Source: the human T2T-CHM13v2.0 reference genome, Homo sapiens
DNA: 64,000 nt
Strand: one strand, 5' to 3'
Assembly (NCBI RefSeq): GCF_009914755.1
Contig: NC_060929.1
In this document: positions 1-16,745 of the stretch, in pieces
Layout: every line of letters starts with the position of its first letter
Numbering within the stretch: position 1 is the stretch's first letter
Translations under genes and position numbers: made by a program
The notes under the pieces: generated by a model
The model's input: the letters and a program-made list of their open reading frames with translations, nothing else
Told to the model about the DNA's origin: nothing
Database searches by the model: none

Positions 1-191
1 GAAAAGATCTACTTCATCAACATCAAGACTGCATGTTCTTATCTATGCTAATATGTGATAGGCATGTTTCATAACTTCAACAGTCTTTATCTCTAGTTCT
101 AAAATATTATATCATCTACATAGTTTCAGAAATACTATTGCACTCTAAAGGACAATAAAAATAGAATGAAAACTGTTTTGTAGTTCCCCCT

Positions 192-563
192 TGATATGGT
201 TTGGTTCTGTGTCCCTACCCAAATCTCATCTCGAATTCTAACCCCACGTGTTGAGGGAGGAACCTGGTGGGAAGTGATTGGATGTTGGGGGCAGATTTCC
301 CCCATGCTGTTTTCATGATAGTGATGGAGTTCTCACGAGATCTGATGGTTTAAAAATGTGGCACTTCCCTTCTTGCTCTCTCTCTCTCTCTCTCCTGCCG
401 CCATGTAAGACGTGCCTTGTTCGCCCTTCGCCTTGCACCATGATTGCAAGTTTCCTGAGGCCTCCCCGGCCATGCAGAACTGTGAGTCAATTAAATCTCT
501 TTTCTTTTTAAATTACCCAGTCTTGGGTAGTTCTTTATAGTGGTTTGAAAATGGACTAATATA
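192..563 (+). mobile_element. THE1D-like solo LTR (ERVL-MaLR)
   Basis: Begins TGATATGGTTTGG..CCCAAATCTCATCT and ends ATGGACTAATATA; perfect 5-bp TSD CCCCT at 187-191 and 564-568. Confidence 0.9.
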
Positions 564-1874
564 CCCCTCAAGGAGACTAATCCTTACCTTGGATGGCGGT
601 AAGGAACCCAAGTCCCTAAAGCCACATCAGGGCTGGTCTTCCCTTCTCCAGGAAGACTCCTTGATTTGTGATTGGCAGGCACAACGCCATTGTGCCACCT
701 GCCATCCAGAATGAAGAGAAGCCTGCACTGGCACACCTCCATGACCATTTTGTTTCCTACTGTTTCATTAAATTGTGCCCAAGAAGCCTGAAGCCAGACA
801 GCAGTTGAGGAGGGAGCGTTAATTTCTTTGCATCGTAAAATACTTCAGGGCTTTTCTTCAGTAGATGAGCTTTTGATGCCATGGAGGCATGCCAGCCACC
901 TTTCTGGATCTTGACTACAAATCTTGCATGAGTTCACTTATCTCTAATATGTGTCTCCAAACCTCCAACTTAATTATTCATTTGCCTTCCCTTATAGTAA
1001 CTTGCTTTTGATTCCTCTTACACATTTTATGCTTTCTCACGGAAGACGGCTTATTCTAGCTGAATATCTTGATTGCACCTTTCACACAATCAACACATCT
1101 TTAGGAAGCTCCAAGTGTGTGCCAGCCATTGCTCTAAGTGCTGGGGACTGGGTAGAGACAAAATGAATAAAAATTCTCACCCACAGGGAACTTATGTTCC
1201 AGTGGGTAGAAACCCATGAGCAGCTATCTATTTATTTCACACAATCTCACTTATCTCAAATCGAGGAGAAATTTGGAAGATACTTTAGAGAGGTAACCAT
1301 ACCACATGGCAGAAGAGCAAGGAAGATAGTGTGGGTGGTGTAGGGTGGGGCAGGGTTGCAGGGTGGGGAAATGACAGAGGGGTGGGGTGGGATGTCAGTG
1401 TTGCAGCACATTGTGGTGAATTGTGAACACTTTGGTTTTTACTTTGAGATGGGAAGACACCGAAAGGTTTTGAGTAAGCCAATGTCATTTTCTGCCATTG
1501 TGCTTCAAAGAATTGCTTGGCTCCTCAATGGAGATCTGACTGAAGAGGACCAGGATGGAGGCAGGAGGGGCAAGCAAGAAGCCACTGCAACAATCAAGGC
1601 CAGAAATGGCAGCAGCTGGGACAGATGGTCTCAGTGGACCAGGTGAGCTCTGCTCATGCTAGTGAAATGTGCTTTGAAGGCGGAGTCTTCCCCGCTCTCT
1701 AATGGCTGGATGTGGGATGAATAAAGAGGAGGCATTTGGCCTGAACAACTAGGAGGATGGCAGGGACATTTTCTGGGGTGGGGATATTGTTGGGGAGGAT
1801 CCTGGCTTGAGGGAAAAGATGGCGACCTGGTTCTGGACATGGCAGGTGTAAGATCCCGGATAGATATCACTGGC

Positions 1875-2345
1875 ATTGGATTATGCTGCCTCCCCTCAAA
1901 TAGACTGGAGATATAAACCCCAGTACCTATGAATGTGACCTTCTTTGGAAACAGTATCTTTCCAGATATAGATAGTTAAGCTAAATTGAAGCCATCCATG
2001 CTGGGTTAGGGTGGGGCCTAAATCCTGTGAATGGTTCCTTTTAAGAAGGCCAAGTGAAGACACAGATATGCATACACGAAGGGTAGGAGGTGATGTGAGG
2101 GTGGAGGGAGAGACTGAGGCAATGCATCCACGAGCCATGGAATGCTGGGAGTTGCCTACAACCCCCGGACACAAGGAGAGCAGTGTTGAATGCATCCTCC
2201 CCTAGAGCTTTCAGAGAAAGCAGGGCCCTCTAACTTAGTGATTTTGGTTTCTGTCCTCTAGGATTATGAGATAATAAATTTCTGTACTTTTTTACAGCAC
2301 CGTGTTTGTGGCGTTATGTTTTGGCAGCCCCAAGAAACAGATGGA
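1875..2345 (+). mobile_element. MLT1C-like solo LTR
   Basis: CCCCAGTACCTATGAATGTGACCTTCTTTGGAAA ... ATAATAAATTTCTGT ... GGCAGCCCCAAGAAAC follows the MLT1C layout. Confidence 0.75.
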
Positions 2346-2654
2346 AATGTGTAGGTGGAGATACTGAGCAGGTAGTTGGAAACTCATCTCTGAAGTCCAA
2401 GGGTGAGGTCTGGGCTAGAGGTACAAATGTGATAGTTGCCAAAAATCAGGAATCAGGTTGAGATTGGCAGGAGTGAGTATGGATAGAGAGGAAAGGGGCT
2501 TCGGGGACTTGAAAAGGGAGAGTTCAGGAGATGAGGAAGAGTAAGAAGGATGCTGAGAGATGCACCCAGTGGTTAGGAGTGGAACCAGATTGCTGGCATT
2601 CTAGAATTGAAGGGACGAGAGAGCTTTCCAGGCAGAGGGGATGATTCATGGTTT

Positions 2655-3106
2655 TGTGGGTGGTCATTTCTTCCCACTGTTTTGCTTGTAGTTCTCAAGA
2701 ATGACTCGAACGTGCTGGGAATGTAACACTCAGAAATAGGAAGAGACTGACTGGAACAGCCCAGACTCTATTCCAGGTGCCCCCTGGAAACAAGATGTTC
2801 TTTGATGCTTTAGCCCAGAGGTTCTCATCGTCTCAGGGTATAAAACCCAGGGTGAGTTCCTCTCTCAGGTCCTGGTCCCTCAGTTGTAGTGAACACGGGG
2901 CATACACAGTCAAAACTACATTGGCCCCAGGCTGCTTCCTGGGCCTTGGGGAGACTGGCTCACCCTGCATCCCAGGTTCCTGTGTTCCTGCAGTCTATCT
3001 GGAAGTATTAATAATAAACCTGCTGCATGTAACCTGTGTGCATGGGTGTTCTGTCTCACTGTACTCAGACAAATCGGTAACCTGTGCACAGTGAACCTGC
3101 CTCACA
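2655..3106 (+). mobile_element. ERV solo LTR (family uncertain, possibly LTR47-like)
   Basis: TG...CA termini, TATAAAA box at ~2839, AATAAA at ~3013, about 450 bp, inserted into L2. Confidence 0.6.
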
Positions 3107-3619
3107 ATTGTGTCATATGCTGGTGAGAGTTAAGGTGAGTTAAGCATCTGTGTGTGGTTTAAGGTTAGGTAAGCGTGGATGTGTGGGGTAAGCAAAACAG
3201 AGGTCATCAGTGGCCTTGATAAGGGTTGTTCTGTTGAGGTGCTGGGAAAATTTTGATGAGGTGGATTCAAGGTGGAAGGATAAATAGACAACTCCCTATA
3301 CGCACAACCATTTCACAAAGGGTGGAAATACATAGACTCAATTGCACATGGATTTGTGAAGAGGAAAAAGCCACATAGGCATGATGATTTAAGAGAAAAC
3401 TTGAACTGCCTTCTAAGCCATCTCTATTTCCCCTCTGTCCCTTCTGTTTACTCTCCACCCCGCAACCAGAATGGTTCTCCTGAAAGGTGAGTTAGACCCT
3501 ATTTTTCATGCTCAATCCCCACATCAGTTCCTTGATGCACTCAGGTTGAAAGCCAGCCATTACTTCTCTGAGTTTTGCGATCACATACTCTTCACACTTT
3601 CGATCCCCACTCTCCCAAA

Positions 3620-4960
<1,341 letters not shown>

Positions 4961-5589
4961 TTCTTTCAATCAATGCCAAGTTTTCCCTTATTTTTGAGGA
5001 CTTTAATTATGTATTTTTGAAAAAATGTTCTTGTTTCTGCACTGTACTTTTGTATATTTTTATCTTCCCTATCATCCAGCCTGGTTTTTCCCTGGATCTC
5101 CTGTTTTCATTCAGCCCCCAGTGCCCAGCTGTGCCTGGCATAGGAGGACAGAGGTCCTCTGGACAGCTCTGCAGACTTAGCCATGGATGAGCTCAAGGCA
5201 GCAGGAGGGAGTGGGCTGATGTGGGCTGGGTTGGGCAGCCGAGAGTCTCACCGCTTCATAGCCACTCTCGACGGCTCTCCTGTGCCCTATGAGCCACTCA
5301 AGAGCTTGCCTACAGTGCTTCAGTTCCCCAGTGAGTCTGGGTCTGTGGCATAGTGGGTTGCTTAGGAACCACTCTGTCCACTTAGGTTTCACCTTTCTTA
5401 GGGTTGCTAAGGCAGTTTCATTCATCTGTCTGCTTTTCAGCTTCCAAAATATTGTGGCTCTCGCCTTTCCTCACATTCCCTTTCTTCTTGTGGTTTATGC
5501 ATGTTAACCCTTTTGCCATCATGTAAGTGAGTGTTCAGGGGGAGGATGATTAAGCTTGTTCAATCAGCCATCTTCATCCGAAGGGCCTG

Positions 5590-5995
5590 GTATCTCTTTA
5601 CTCTGACTGTGATAACAAAGTGCCACAGGCCGGGTGACCTCAACAATCAAAATCTGTTTTTGCACATTTCTGGAGGCTGGAAGTTGGAGATTAAGGTGTT
5701 GGCAGGTGCGATTTCCTCTGAGACCTGTCTCCTGGCCTTGCAGATGGCAGCCTCCTCGCCGTGTCCTCCCACGGCCTCTCCTCTGTGCCTGCACATCCTG
5801 GGTGCCTCTCCTCCGTGCTAGTCTCCTCTCTTATGAGGACACCAGTCGTATTGGATTAGGGCCCACCTCAGTGACCCCATTTTTACCTAATTACCTCTTT
5901 AAATGCTGTATCTCCAAAGACAGTAACATTCTGAGGTAGTGGGGGTTAAGGCTTCAACATAGGAACTTTGCAACAACCCAGTTCAGCCTGTAAAA
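5590..5995 (-). mobile_element. MLT1B-like solo LTR
   Basis: GGACACCAGTCGTATTGGATTAGGGCCCAC ... ACATTCTGAGGTAGTGGGGGTTAAGGCTTCAACAT. Confidence 0.8.
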
Positions 5996-6308
5996 AATCA
6001 AAGTAGAACAGAAGCATCAGACTGGGGAGTGAACAGTGGCAGAGTCAGGATGGTTCCACGCTGCATATGACCTGTCTTTCAGGAGCGTGTGTGATGTGCA
6101 CTGTTGGCAGCGATCTGTGCAGCCTTCACTTTGGACTCATGGCCAAGGAAGGCTTAAAAGCCACTGTCCCACACATCCTTTCTCTTGTCTTACAAAGCCA
6201 TGGATTGTGACTCCCACCTATGCTGGTATTGCTCCGGGTGCCGCAGAACAGAAAATAAATTACAGCCCTGTATGGAAAGAAATGGCCTACTTAGGGTTTT
6301 CCCTGATC

Positions 6309-6649
<341 letters not shown>

Positions 6650-6939
6650 TAGTTACCTATTTTTTTAAAGAGGAATTTGAGAGCAAAAATGCAATTAGAT
6701 TAGGTTAAATGATGGAATATTTCTTAAGATGGAAGTAAAAATATTGTTTAGAGACAGGGCCTAAAAATATGGAGGTATTAATGGTGATTTAAAAATGAAG
6801 CTCTTGATTTTTCCAAACATCTCCACTCCACATTTATAATATTTAGTTCAGTTTAGCAAGCAAATGGGCTTTCAGAGTGACAGCACACATGAAATGCTTT
6901 CTACAGTTTGATGCTTTACATGCCTTAACACATATGTAA

Positions 6940-7060
6940 GCCTATTCACCTCTGAGGTAGCAAGTATGATTCTCCTAGGTTTAAACGGAGCTCAGAAAAT
7001 CCTATTAGTTGCTCCAGATGCCAAAGCTGGCTGAAGCTGGATTCACACCAATGCTTTTCA
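6940..7060 (+). mobile_element. MIR fragment
   Basis: CTCTGAGGTAG..ATGATTCTCC..GCTCAGA..GCTGGATTCACACCA resembles the MIR core. Confidence 0.45.
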
Positions 7061-7087
7061 TTGATGCTATCCTGCTTCTACTCTAAC

Positions 7088-7255
7088 CAGGACCAGCTAA
7101 AGGCTTCATGGGGCCCATGCGTGATGAAAATGTAGGACCTTCTCAATTATATTGTTGAGAATTTCAGGGCGGCAACAGCAGCCTATAAACTGAGTGCAAG
7201 GTCCTTAGCAGGGCTCTGTGAGACAGCACAGGTCCATACCTCAAACTCAGCCCTG
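7088..7255 (-). mobile_element. MER91A-like hAT-Tip100 MITE
   Basis: CAGGACC...GCCCTG termini; internal GGGGCCC..ATGAAAATG and AGAATTTCA..GGCAACAGCAG match recalled MER91A. Confidence 0.7.
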
Positions 7256-8376
7256 CTCCCACCACCAACAGACAGCCCCACCAGACCTCAGGAATGGCCT
7301 TTTGGAGGTTTCTACATTCCTATGTGGTTTTCCTCCAAAGTGCTCTGAAGATGGAGTTACAGGCTCTGGGTCCTGCTAACTGGGCTAGTTCCTGGACATG
7401 CAGTCTTGGGCAGGTGTCACCACACTGGCTGCCTCCATCAGGTCCCTGGGAAGTCTCCCACTCACCAAGGGACTGACACAAGGACTGATGTGTTTCTCTG
7501 TTTGATTTAAACTCTATGATGCAAAACTGAAATCAAAGATGCCTCTAAAATGCTTTTTTTTTTTGGAGAAAACAGAAAAATTAACCTTTTTCCTAAATAT
7601 TTTTGGAAAATAGTTTCTTTTTTATAAAAAGAGTGAGATACTTTTGCTATTAGTTAACTTCTGAAAAATGCTCTTGGTTTGGAAAGGAAACACAAGAAGA
7701 GACAGAGGTGAACCCTTTGGGATTTCTTGGTGTAGGCACTTGATATTACCTAGGGTTGCATTTTTATGTTGCTTTCTTGTTTTAAGTGAGGACTAAGGTT
7801 TATTTGAACAAGGTGAGCTGCATTCTTGTTTCTATTTGTTTCATTTTGCTCCAGGTTGTACCTACTCTGAGAGATTCTGCTGTTAGCACATGCCCTGGGG
7901 GTTCTGAGTCACTTGGAGTACATATAGCTAGAAAAAAACTGGAATTAGCTTTCAAAGTGTTTCAGGTTGTCAAGGTACCAGACAATATGTTTCTTACTGA
8001 GCTAAAGCTCCGGGGTTCTTGACATGGATGAAAAGAATAGGGCTGTTTCCATGAACCTCTTCCATTGGCCTCTGCGGAGGTGGTCGTGGAACAAAGTCCT
8101 GAAGGCCCTTCCTGGGGTGGGAACGGGAAGGAGCGGAGGACAGGAAAATGATGGATCCATTTTAATCACTTCAGGCAAAAAGAGTTTCTCACAATCTTAT
8201 TATTTATCTGACCGAGCTCAACTATTCTATTTAAATTGAAAGTAAAGAACACAATAGCATGGGTAAAAATGTTCATGCTGGCATTCCCCAAAATAGGGCT
8301 CTTAATATATTTTTAAAGTTTATTTGTATTTGAAAATTTTTTGAAACGATGAAAAGAGTAAGAAAATTGAGGAAAA

Positions 8377-8697
<321 letters not shown>

Positions 8698-9393
8698 TCA
8701 GGAAAAAATACTAAACATCTAAATATATTACCCAGAAAAGAAGATAGATGGGGAAAAAAAAGCTTGGCTAAGTAATTTGTGTCACTATGAAAGTAAGTTG
8801 AGTTTATCAGTTTTACTTCCAAGAGATTGAATAAGAATTATTTTTTGCAATTCTGCTTGTTAGTTTTTCGCATGAACATCTGAATATGCAATAGTGATCA
8901 ATTTAAATAGCTGTTGAAAGTGATAACATTTCTTTTTAAAGAATTCAAATCAAAGCAATTAGGTAATCTTAAATATCTACGACGTGATCCCACAGTGAAT
9001 TGGAATTGACTTTTCCAGCTAACTTGTGCATAGAATTGAGTGTTATCCAAATGAGAATAGTAAAATGTATATTGTAGCAAGTGCAAATATAGATGTTACA
9101 TTTCAGAAAACTCTTACTTAGTTTCATAGCCTTTATAACAAATGTTCTGATTTTTTATTATGTAAGTTTCACTTTTTTGTAACATCAAATTTCTGTCAGG
9201 ACTTTTTTAAGAGAGAACAAACCTCACTCTTGGATCACAGTGCGTGCAAGTCAATGTCATATGAAGGTTGGGCAGGGAACATGCTTTAGGGAATACCTAT
9301 TAATTTTGACAATTGTTTCAACTCTATTCTTTGTCAAACTTCCTATTTAAATTATCTTCCATGTGTAGCATTTCTAGGCACAATTCTCTACAC

Positions 9394-9903
9394 CAGCAGT
9401 TCCCAACATTTTTGGCACCAGGGACTGGTTCGTGGAAGACAATATTTTTCTACCAACTGGGGGTTGGAGGGGAGAAGTCAAGTGCATTACATTTATTGTG
9501 CTCTTTATTTCTAGAATATATTACATTGTAATATATAATACAATAGTTATACAACTCACTATAATGTAGGATCAGTGGGAGCCCTGAGCTTTTTTTTCTG
9601 CAAATAGATAGTCCCTCCTGGGGGTGATGGGAGACAGTGACAGATCATCAGGCATTAGATTCTCATAAGAAGCATGCAACCTAGATCCCTTGCACGGCAA
9701 TTCACAATAGAGTTCATGCTCCTAAGAGAATCTAATGCTGCTGCTGATTTGACAGGAGGTGGAGCTCATGCAGTCATGTGAGCAATGGGGAGCAGTTGTA
9801 CATACAGATGGAGCTTTACTTGCTCATCTGCTGCTCACCTCCTATTGTGAGGCCCCATTCCTAACAGGCCACGGACTGGTACTGTGGGTGGGGGTGGGCC
9901 CTG
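9394..9903. mobile_element. MER1A hAT-Charlie DNA transposon
   Basis: CAGCAGTTCCCAACATTTTTGGCACCAGGGACTGG ... CCTG; 8-bp TSD CTCT(A/T)CAC. Confidence 0.88.
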
Positions 9904-10504
9904 CTCTTCACTTTCTTTTTGAATGTTCACTGTCACTGGTTTAAGACTACCTTCATTTCGTGAAAATGAAAAACAAACTCAGATCCATCCGTGAGTAAAT
10001 CCCTTGTTTCTATGCTGAGGTGTGGTATGCCCTTCACACTGTTCCCAAATTAAAACATGAAAAACTATGAGCTAGAAAAGTATGACAAATTAGTTATAAA
10101 GGAACAAGAATACATCAAATGATCCCAATGCCTGGAAGCAGACCTCCCCGAACTGTGCTGGGAAGATGCTCTTCCTTACAGCCTCTGGGGCCGCTGGCTG
10201 CCAGCCTGCTGCAGCATCTGGGGCAATGAACATCCTTGGAAGCCCCTTCCCCAAGCTGACTCTCCTCTTACTTGTCTTTCCCTTTGTTTCTTCCTTCCTA
10301 CTTGTGCCTGGGTTATTGCAACAGTGTCCAGGTGTCCCATCTGTTCTTGCTTCAAGAGACCTGCAGGTGACAGACACACATTTGTTTGCTCTCAAACAAA
10401 TCTTTCCCATTTAAATTGCTGTCCAGTTGTCATAGAAAGTCTAACTCACAGGGCTTGTCTTGTGAGATCCTCTAAAACTTTTTTACCTAAGCCACCCTTG
10501 CTGC

Positions 10505-10797
10505 TCAAGATTGTCTGGGATTATCTGAGTGGACTATGAATGTAATCACAGTGTCTTCATAAAAGAGAGGGGTGACACCAGTGGGGGAGAGGCAATGATG
10601 GACAGACAACCAAAGCAGACCATGGGAGAGGCCAGTGCCAATGGTCTCCCGCAGCCAACAGAAGGAGCTGTGCTTTCAGCCCCTTAAGACTAATTTTGGA
10701 CTTCTGACTTCTGCAATTTTAAGATAAACAAACCTGTCTTGTTTTAATCCACAGAATTTGTGAGTTTTGTTACAGCAGCCATAGGAACGAATGCATG
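10505..10797 (+). mobile_element. MLT1 (D/E-type) LTR fragment
   Basis: GATTGTCTGGGATTATCTGAGTGG..ATGTAATCACA ... TTTTGGACTTCTGAC ... TTGTTACAGCAGCCATAGGAA. Confidence 0.65.
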
Positions 10798-11299
10798 ACT
10801 CAGAGGCAGGAATTATTAGCTCAATGGTGACTACGCTTGTTCTTTGTTCCACACTTGCTTAGGAGGTGCTGCTGTCTTCTAAATTCAAATCATTCTGCTG
10901 TAAACCCAGGGGCTGTTCTCCACACTGCTAGACCATTGTGTGTTTTTATCTCTTAGAATATTTATTTTTCCCCAAACTCAGTACAATACATCTTTCTGTC
11001 CAAACTCAGATTTCATTTCATCTCTCCCCTCAGAAAGCTTCTGCACATCTAACAATGTCTTCCCAATGTTCCCAACCCAACAATTGAAGATGACCTCCCC
11101 TCTCCTCTTCTTTGAGTTACATAGTGGTTATATCTGCAGCATGCAGTTGAACAGTCTTTACCTCCCAAACTGTTCTATCAGCTCCTTTAAGGCAAGATTC
11201 TTGTGTCAGGATAAAAGCAAGCTTGAAGGCAACAACGCCCCAAACCCCTGCCTTGGGGAGCACTTTTCTGCTGCTTCTTGCTAAACATTTTCCAAGGTG

Positions 11300-11435
11300 T
11301 GGCTACAGTAACCTGGCCCTTTGTGGAAATTCTCTCAGTTGGGGTTTGCCTAACGTTTTCTCATGGTTAGATTGAGGTTCTGCATTTTTGACAAGAATAA
11401 TGCCAAAGTGAGACACCACGTGACCCTCTCCATCG
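11300..11435 (-). mobile_element. L1MB/MC 3'UTR fragment
   Basis: CTCAGTTGGGGTTTGCCTAACGTTTTCTCATGGTTAGATTGAGGTT..TTTTGACAAGAATA. Confidence 0.55.
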
Positions 11436-11446
11436 CAAGGAGACTC

Positions 11447-11451
<5 letters not shown>

Positions 11452-11480
<29 letters not shown>
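11452..11480. repeat. (GT)n microsatellite
   Basis: About 14 GT units seen directly. Confidence 0.95.
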
Positions 11481-11481
<1 letters not shown>

Positions 11482-12690
11482 GGGAAAAGGTGTTCTTGTT
11501 AGGAGAGGAAGCCACACCTGTCCTACTATCTCAGCAGGTGGGGAGGAGGAGAGAAATGGGATCTGGGGCATGGAAATGGGCTGCAGCTCCAGGACCTTCT
11601 TGAATCCCACCATGTAGGGGAACACTGCCCTGGAGGTAGGGATCTTGAAATTCTGCCTTTTCAAGAGCAGCATCTAAAATACCATTGTCTTAATAGAAAC
11701 TTCTGTTTCCAGGTCTCTTCTGAGCCCCCTGATTTTTTTCCCCTGAGTCTTTCCTTATTGAAGCCTTTCAATTCCTTCTCTAATGAGTCTCAAGATTTTC
11801 TGGGTTTTGTTTTTTTAACCCCCAATTCCCATTACCTCCCTTAGTGGTCAGGTAAAATGGTGAAGCTGTGAGGCCTGTTTTAGCTTAGGTGATGGGGCCT
11901 TTACTTGTTTAGGTCATAAATTCACGTAAACTCCAAGCATGGAAGCCATGCATGATGAATTTACCTTACTCTTTCCACTGCACTGCATTTACTTTTTATT
12001 TTAGAACATGGACAATGCTCCTTTTCCTTGACACTTGTAGGTCACTGGCATTGACTTTAACCAGCTATAATTGAGCATGAAAAATGCATTGAAGACCCTA
12101 TGAACAAAAACATCAACCTAAAGCCTTTCCTCTGTGGTATATGTGGCTCTTTCCCTTGTGATGTCATGACGATTTTTATAAATAAGTAGCTGACAATTGA
12201 GAAAGGAAAAGTTGTGATCTTTGAGTCCTCCAAACAGATTAAAGAAGGAATTCTCCAGTCATCAAAAATAAAAAATCGTTGAAGCCCTTCCCTCCATCTC
12301 CTGTGTCCATGAGACAGAAGTCTGTTCCGTAGAAAGTGCAACACAACTTGTCACTCAACTGAACTGAGAAGTTGTCCATTTTCTGCGCCCAACCGCGAAG
12401 AGTCAACAAGCAGGGGGAGTAAGAGAGCATTCAGGCAGAGGTCAGAGCAGTTTTTAGTTTGTGGAGGATCTGAAGGAGAAAGGGGCTATCTGGATTTTGT
12501 TCTGCTCTCAATAATGGCACATTAGCAAGAGTGAGAGTGTCTTGACTTTGCTAGTGTCCTGGGGATAACGGTTTCCTGTAAGCAAAAAGCAGAGGGAGGA
12601 ATGATGAGGTTGTGTCTGAAGAGTGTGGAAGGACAGGGGCATGAACTTTGACATAAATGAACCACACAAATCCTGCCTTCACTTGGAGGG

Positions 12691-13265
12691 AGTGGCAGGC
12701 AGAATTGGGCTCCCCTAAAAGATGTCCATGTCCTAATCCCTGGAACCTGGGAATACATTATATCACAGATGGACATGGAATTAAGGCCTGTACCAGACCT
12801 TGAAATGGGGAGATTATCCTGGATTATGTGTGCGGGATCAATGTAATCACGTGAGCCCTTAAAAGTGGAAGACGGAGGCAGAATCCCCAGAGGGATGAAT
12901 CTCCAGAGGGAGGAAACAGCTAGGGGCTTCTGAAGTGTGAGAGAGACTCAACCCAGTGCTGCTGACCACAAAGATGGAGGAACAGGCATGAGCCACAAAG
13001 TGTGGGTGGCCTCCAAGAGACAGCCAGTGAGGAACAGGGGCCTCAGTCCCATCACAAGGAACTCTGTCCTGCTCTGTCCTGTCAACCACCTGGATGAGAA
13101 GGAAATGGGCTTCCTTAGAGCCTCCAGGAAGGAACTCAGTCCTGCCGACATTTTGATTTTAGTATGATGAGACCCATGTCAGACTTCTGACCTCCAGAAC
13201 TGTGTAAAATTATAAAATTGTGTTGTCTTAAGTTGCTAAATTTGTGATTAATTTGCTACAGAGCA
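12691..13265 (+). mobile_element. MLT1E/D-like solo LTR
   Basis: GGCAGGCAGAAT..CCCTAAAAGATGTCCATGTCCTAATCCCTGGAACCTG ... GACTTCTGACCTCCAGAACTGT. Confidence 0.8.
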
Positions 13266-15344
13266 CACACACAGCTCAGTGGCCCACAGGAAAGCATCGT
13301 GTGTACAGAGTGCACGCAGACAGTGAAGATAAAGATAAAGGGAAAGATTTTACATTTTATGCACAATTTTCCATTCCAAGGTGGTTCAAAAGCTTTGAAT
13401 TCATGGGCTTTGTCACAGCTGTTTGCTAACACAAAATTGAAGTTGCTGGAAATCTAATCTTTGGGTAAACAGAATGCTGCTACGGCTGACCATACAATGA
13501 GACATAACATCCACTTGGGCTGGGAATTAATAGCTTGTTTGTTTTATTGTTTTCTTTTATTATTTTCCTATTTAACTATTCACTTTGTTTCCAATAAACA
13601 TCATGTTTTAGAATAACAATGTAACAATATGTTGTACCCTGTCTCGTATTTTGCAGCAGGAGCTGGAAATCTGAAAAACATTTTTCTCTCTTTTCAGTGG
13701 CAGTGTTCTGAATTGCTAAATTGCCACAATTTTTCAGGCCCAGTAAGACTTCCAGGTCATATTGAGTGTCTGCCATGAACTCCTGATTTCCTGCGTATTC
13801 TTCCCACTCGTGCATATGTTTCTACTCGTTTTACCTATGGTCTGGCATGTGGCAGGGTCACTTAGTCCATACAGACATCATGTATTTTCGAGGCCACAGA
13901 AAGCAATGATTTTCAAAGATAACCAAGGACAGCCCCAGAAATTGCCTTCAGTAGACATATCAGGAGAGATTTTGATCCCTTAAGACCAGACCTAGATGGA
14001 GCTTGATTTCCTGCACTCTTGGAATCATCCCTGCTGACTTTTGGGCCCTCTATTCCTTCTTTCTGACATTCAGCTCCCTCTTGCTGCCTGTGGTCTTCAC
14101 CTTGTATTATTGGAAAGGTGCTGACACTTTTTAACCTAACTCCTGTTCGTGCAATCATTATAAATGTATATGGCATTTAAAATCTCTTGGCTTTAAGTCT
14201 TAATAAGTACAGATTTATTAAAGGATGACCAGAGTCCCCATGACCACTATAGCCTAGGGGAACCCTATTTCACTAGCTTTCCTCCAACCTGATGAGGACC
14301 CTCCAGTTCCATGCAGAGCTTCCTCCCCAAGTGTTTCTGGGCATCCCTTTGAGATACCTTGTATGTCTCATAGGACATGGTGCTGTTGCAGACACACCCA
14401 TTTCTGCCAAGTGCTGGCTGTGGATTGTTCTGCCACAAACACTGCAGTCTCTAGCTAGGGGTGACAGCTGCTCTGCCCAGCACTGCAGTTCATTGCTACC
14501 AACAGCAGAGACTTTAAGCAAGCAGAGCTTCACATTACTGTGTCATGAGGTGTGGGGTAAGAGCCCTGGGCTCTTCATGCAGGATGCCTTGCTAGATGGG
14601 TCCCCTGGAAATGTGGCCTGCATTTCATCCTCTTGCAGTGATTTTAGCAAAACAGACCTCTGTTTTTCATTGCAAATTCTTCCCTCCATAGAGCTCAGAC
14701 CCACATCTAACAAAATATGTGGATGCTTTGTCCTTCGTGGAATTTCCCATCTCTTCTGAGAATCAAAGCTTTGTTCCTGGGTTGATTTCACTTTGGGTGA
14801 CCCCAGGCTCTCCTTCTCTCTATGTCTTATCAAACCAGGACTTGATCTGCTTCTGTGCCTGAGTGCCCTCCCAGGAGAGAATCATGCAAGCAACCTGCAG
14901 CTCTGAAAAGAGTCTAATCCATGAGCTCATTTAATATGCCAATGGATGACTAGCATCCCATCGTCATCCGTACCATCTCAGAACACGAAAAGGAGGTGCA
15001 TGCGCGCAGTTCCTCGTGACGGCTTTTCACCCACACCTTCAGAATTCTTTGCTTCTTTTGCAGCTTGCAGTGCACTTGAATGTGGTGGGTTGGATTGTCA
15101 TGGGTCAGATCTTCAGGGCTGGATGATAGCTTGCTTACTTCTGTTATATTAAGCCTAACCTGGCATATAACACACAGTAGATCCTTATGAATGTTTCAAA
15201 TACATTTTTCATGAAATACTAGACCAAATTAACCAACGATAAAGACTTGGTAGGTTGATCCTCATCTTTATGGATATTTGTTTGATTTCATTCTCTACTC
15301 TGGTTCTCCTTGCACACAGTTACTCTATGGGGTTCATCTCCTAG

Positions 15345-16745
<1,401 letters not shown>

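Larger units (their letters stand above)
1100..3300 (-). mobile_element. Fragmented L2 LINE, interrupted by two LTRs
   Basis: L2 3'-end-like GTGTGCCAGCCATTGCTCTAAGTGCTGGGGA at ~1115, with L2-like purine-rich segments resuming after each LTR; boundaries approximate. Confidence 0.6.

Noticed and set aside
14292-14759. 155-aa ORF in unique sequence
   Set aside because: No recognisable domain or exon structure; overlapping antisense ORFs of similar size suggest chance
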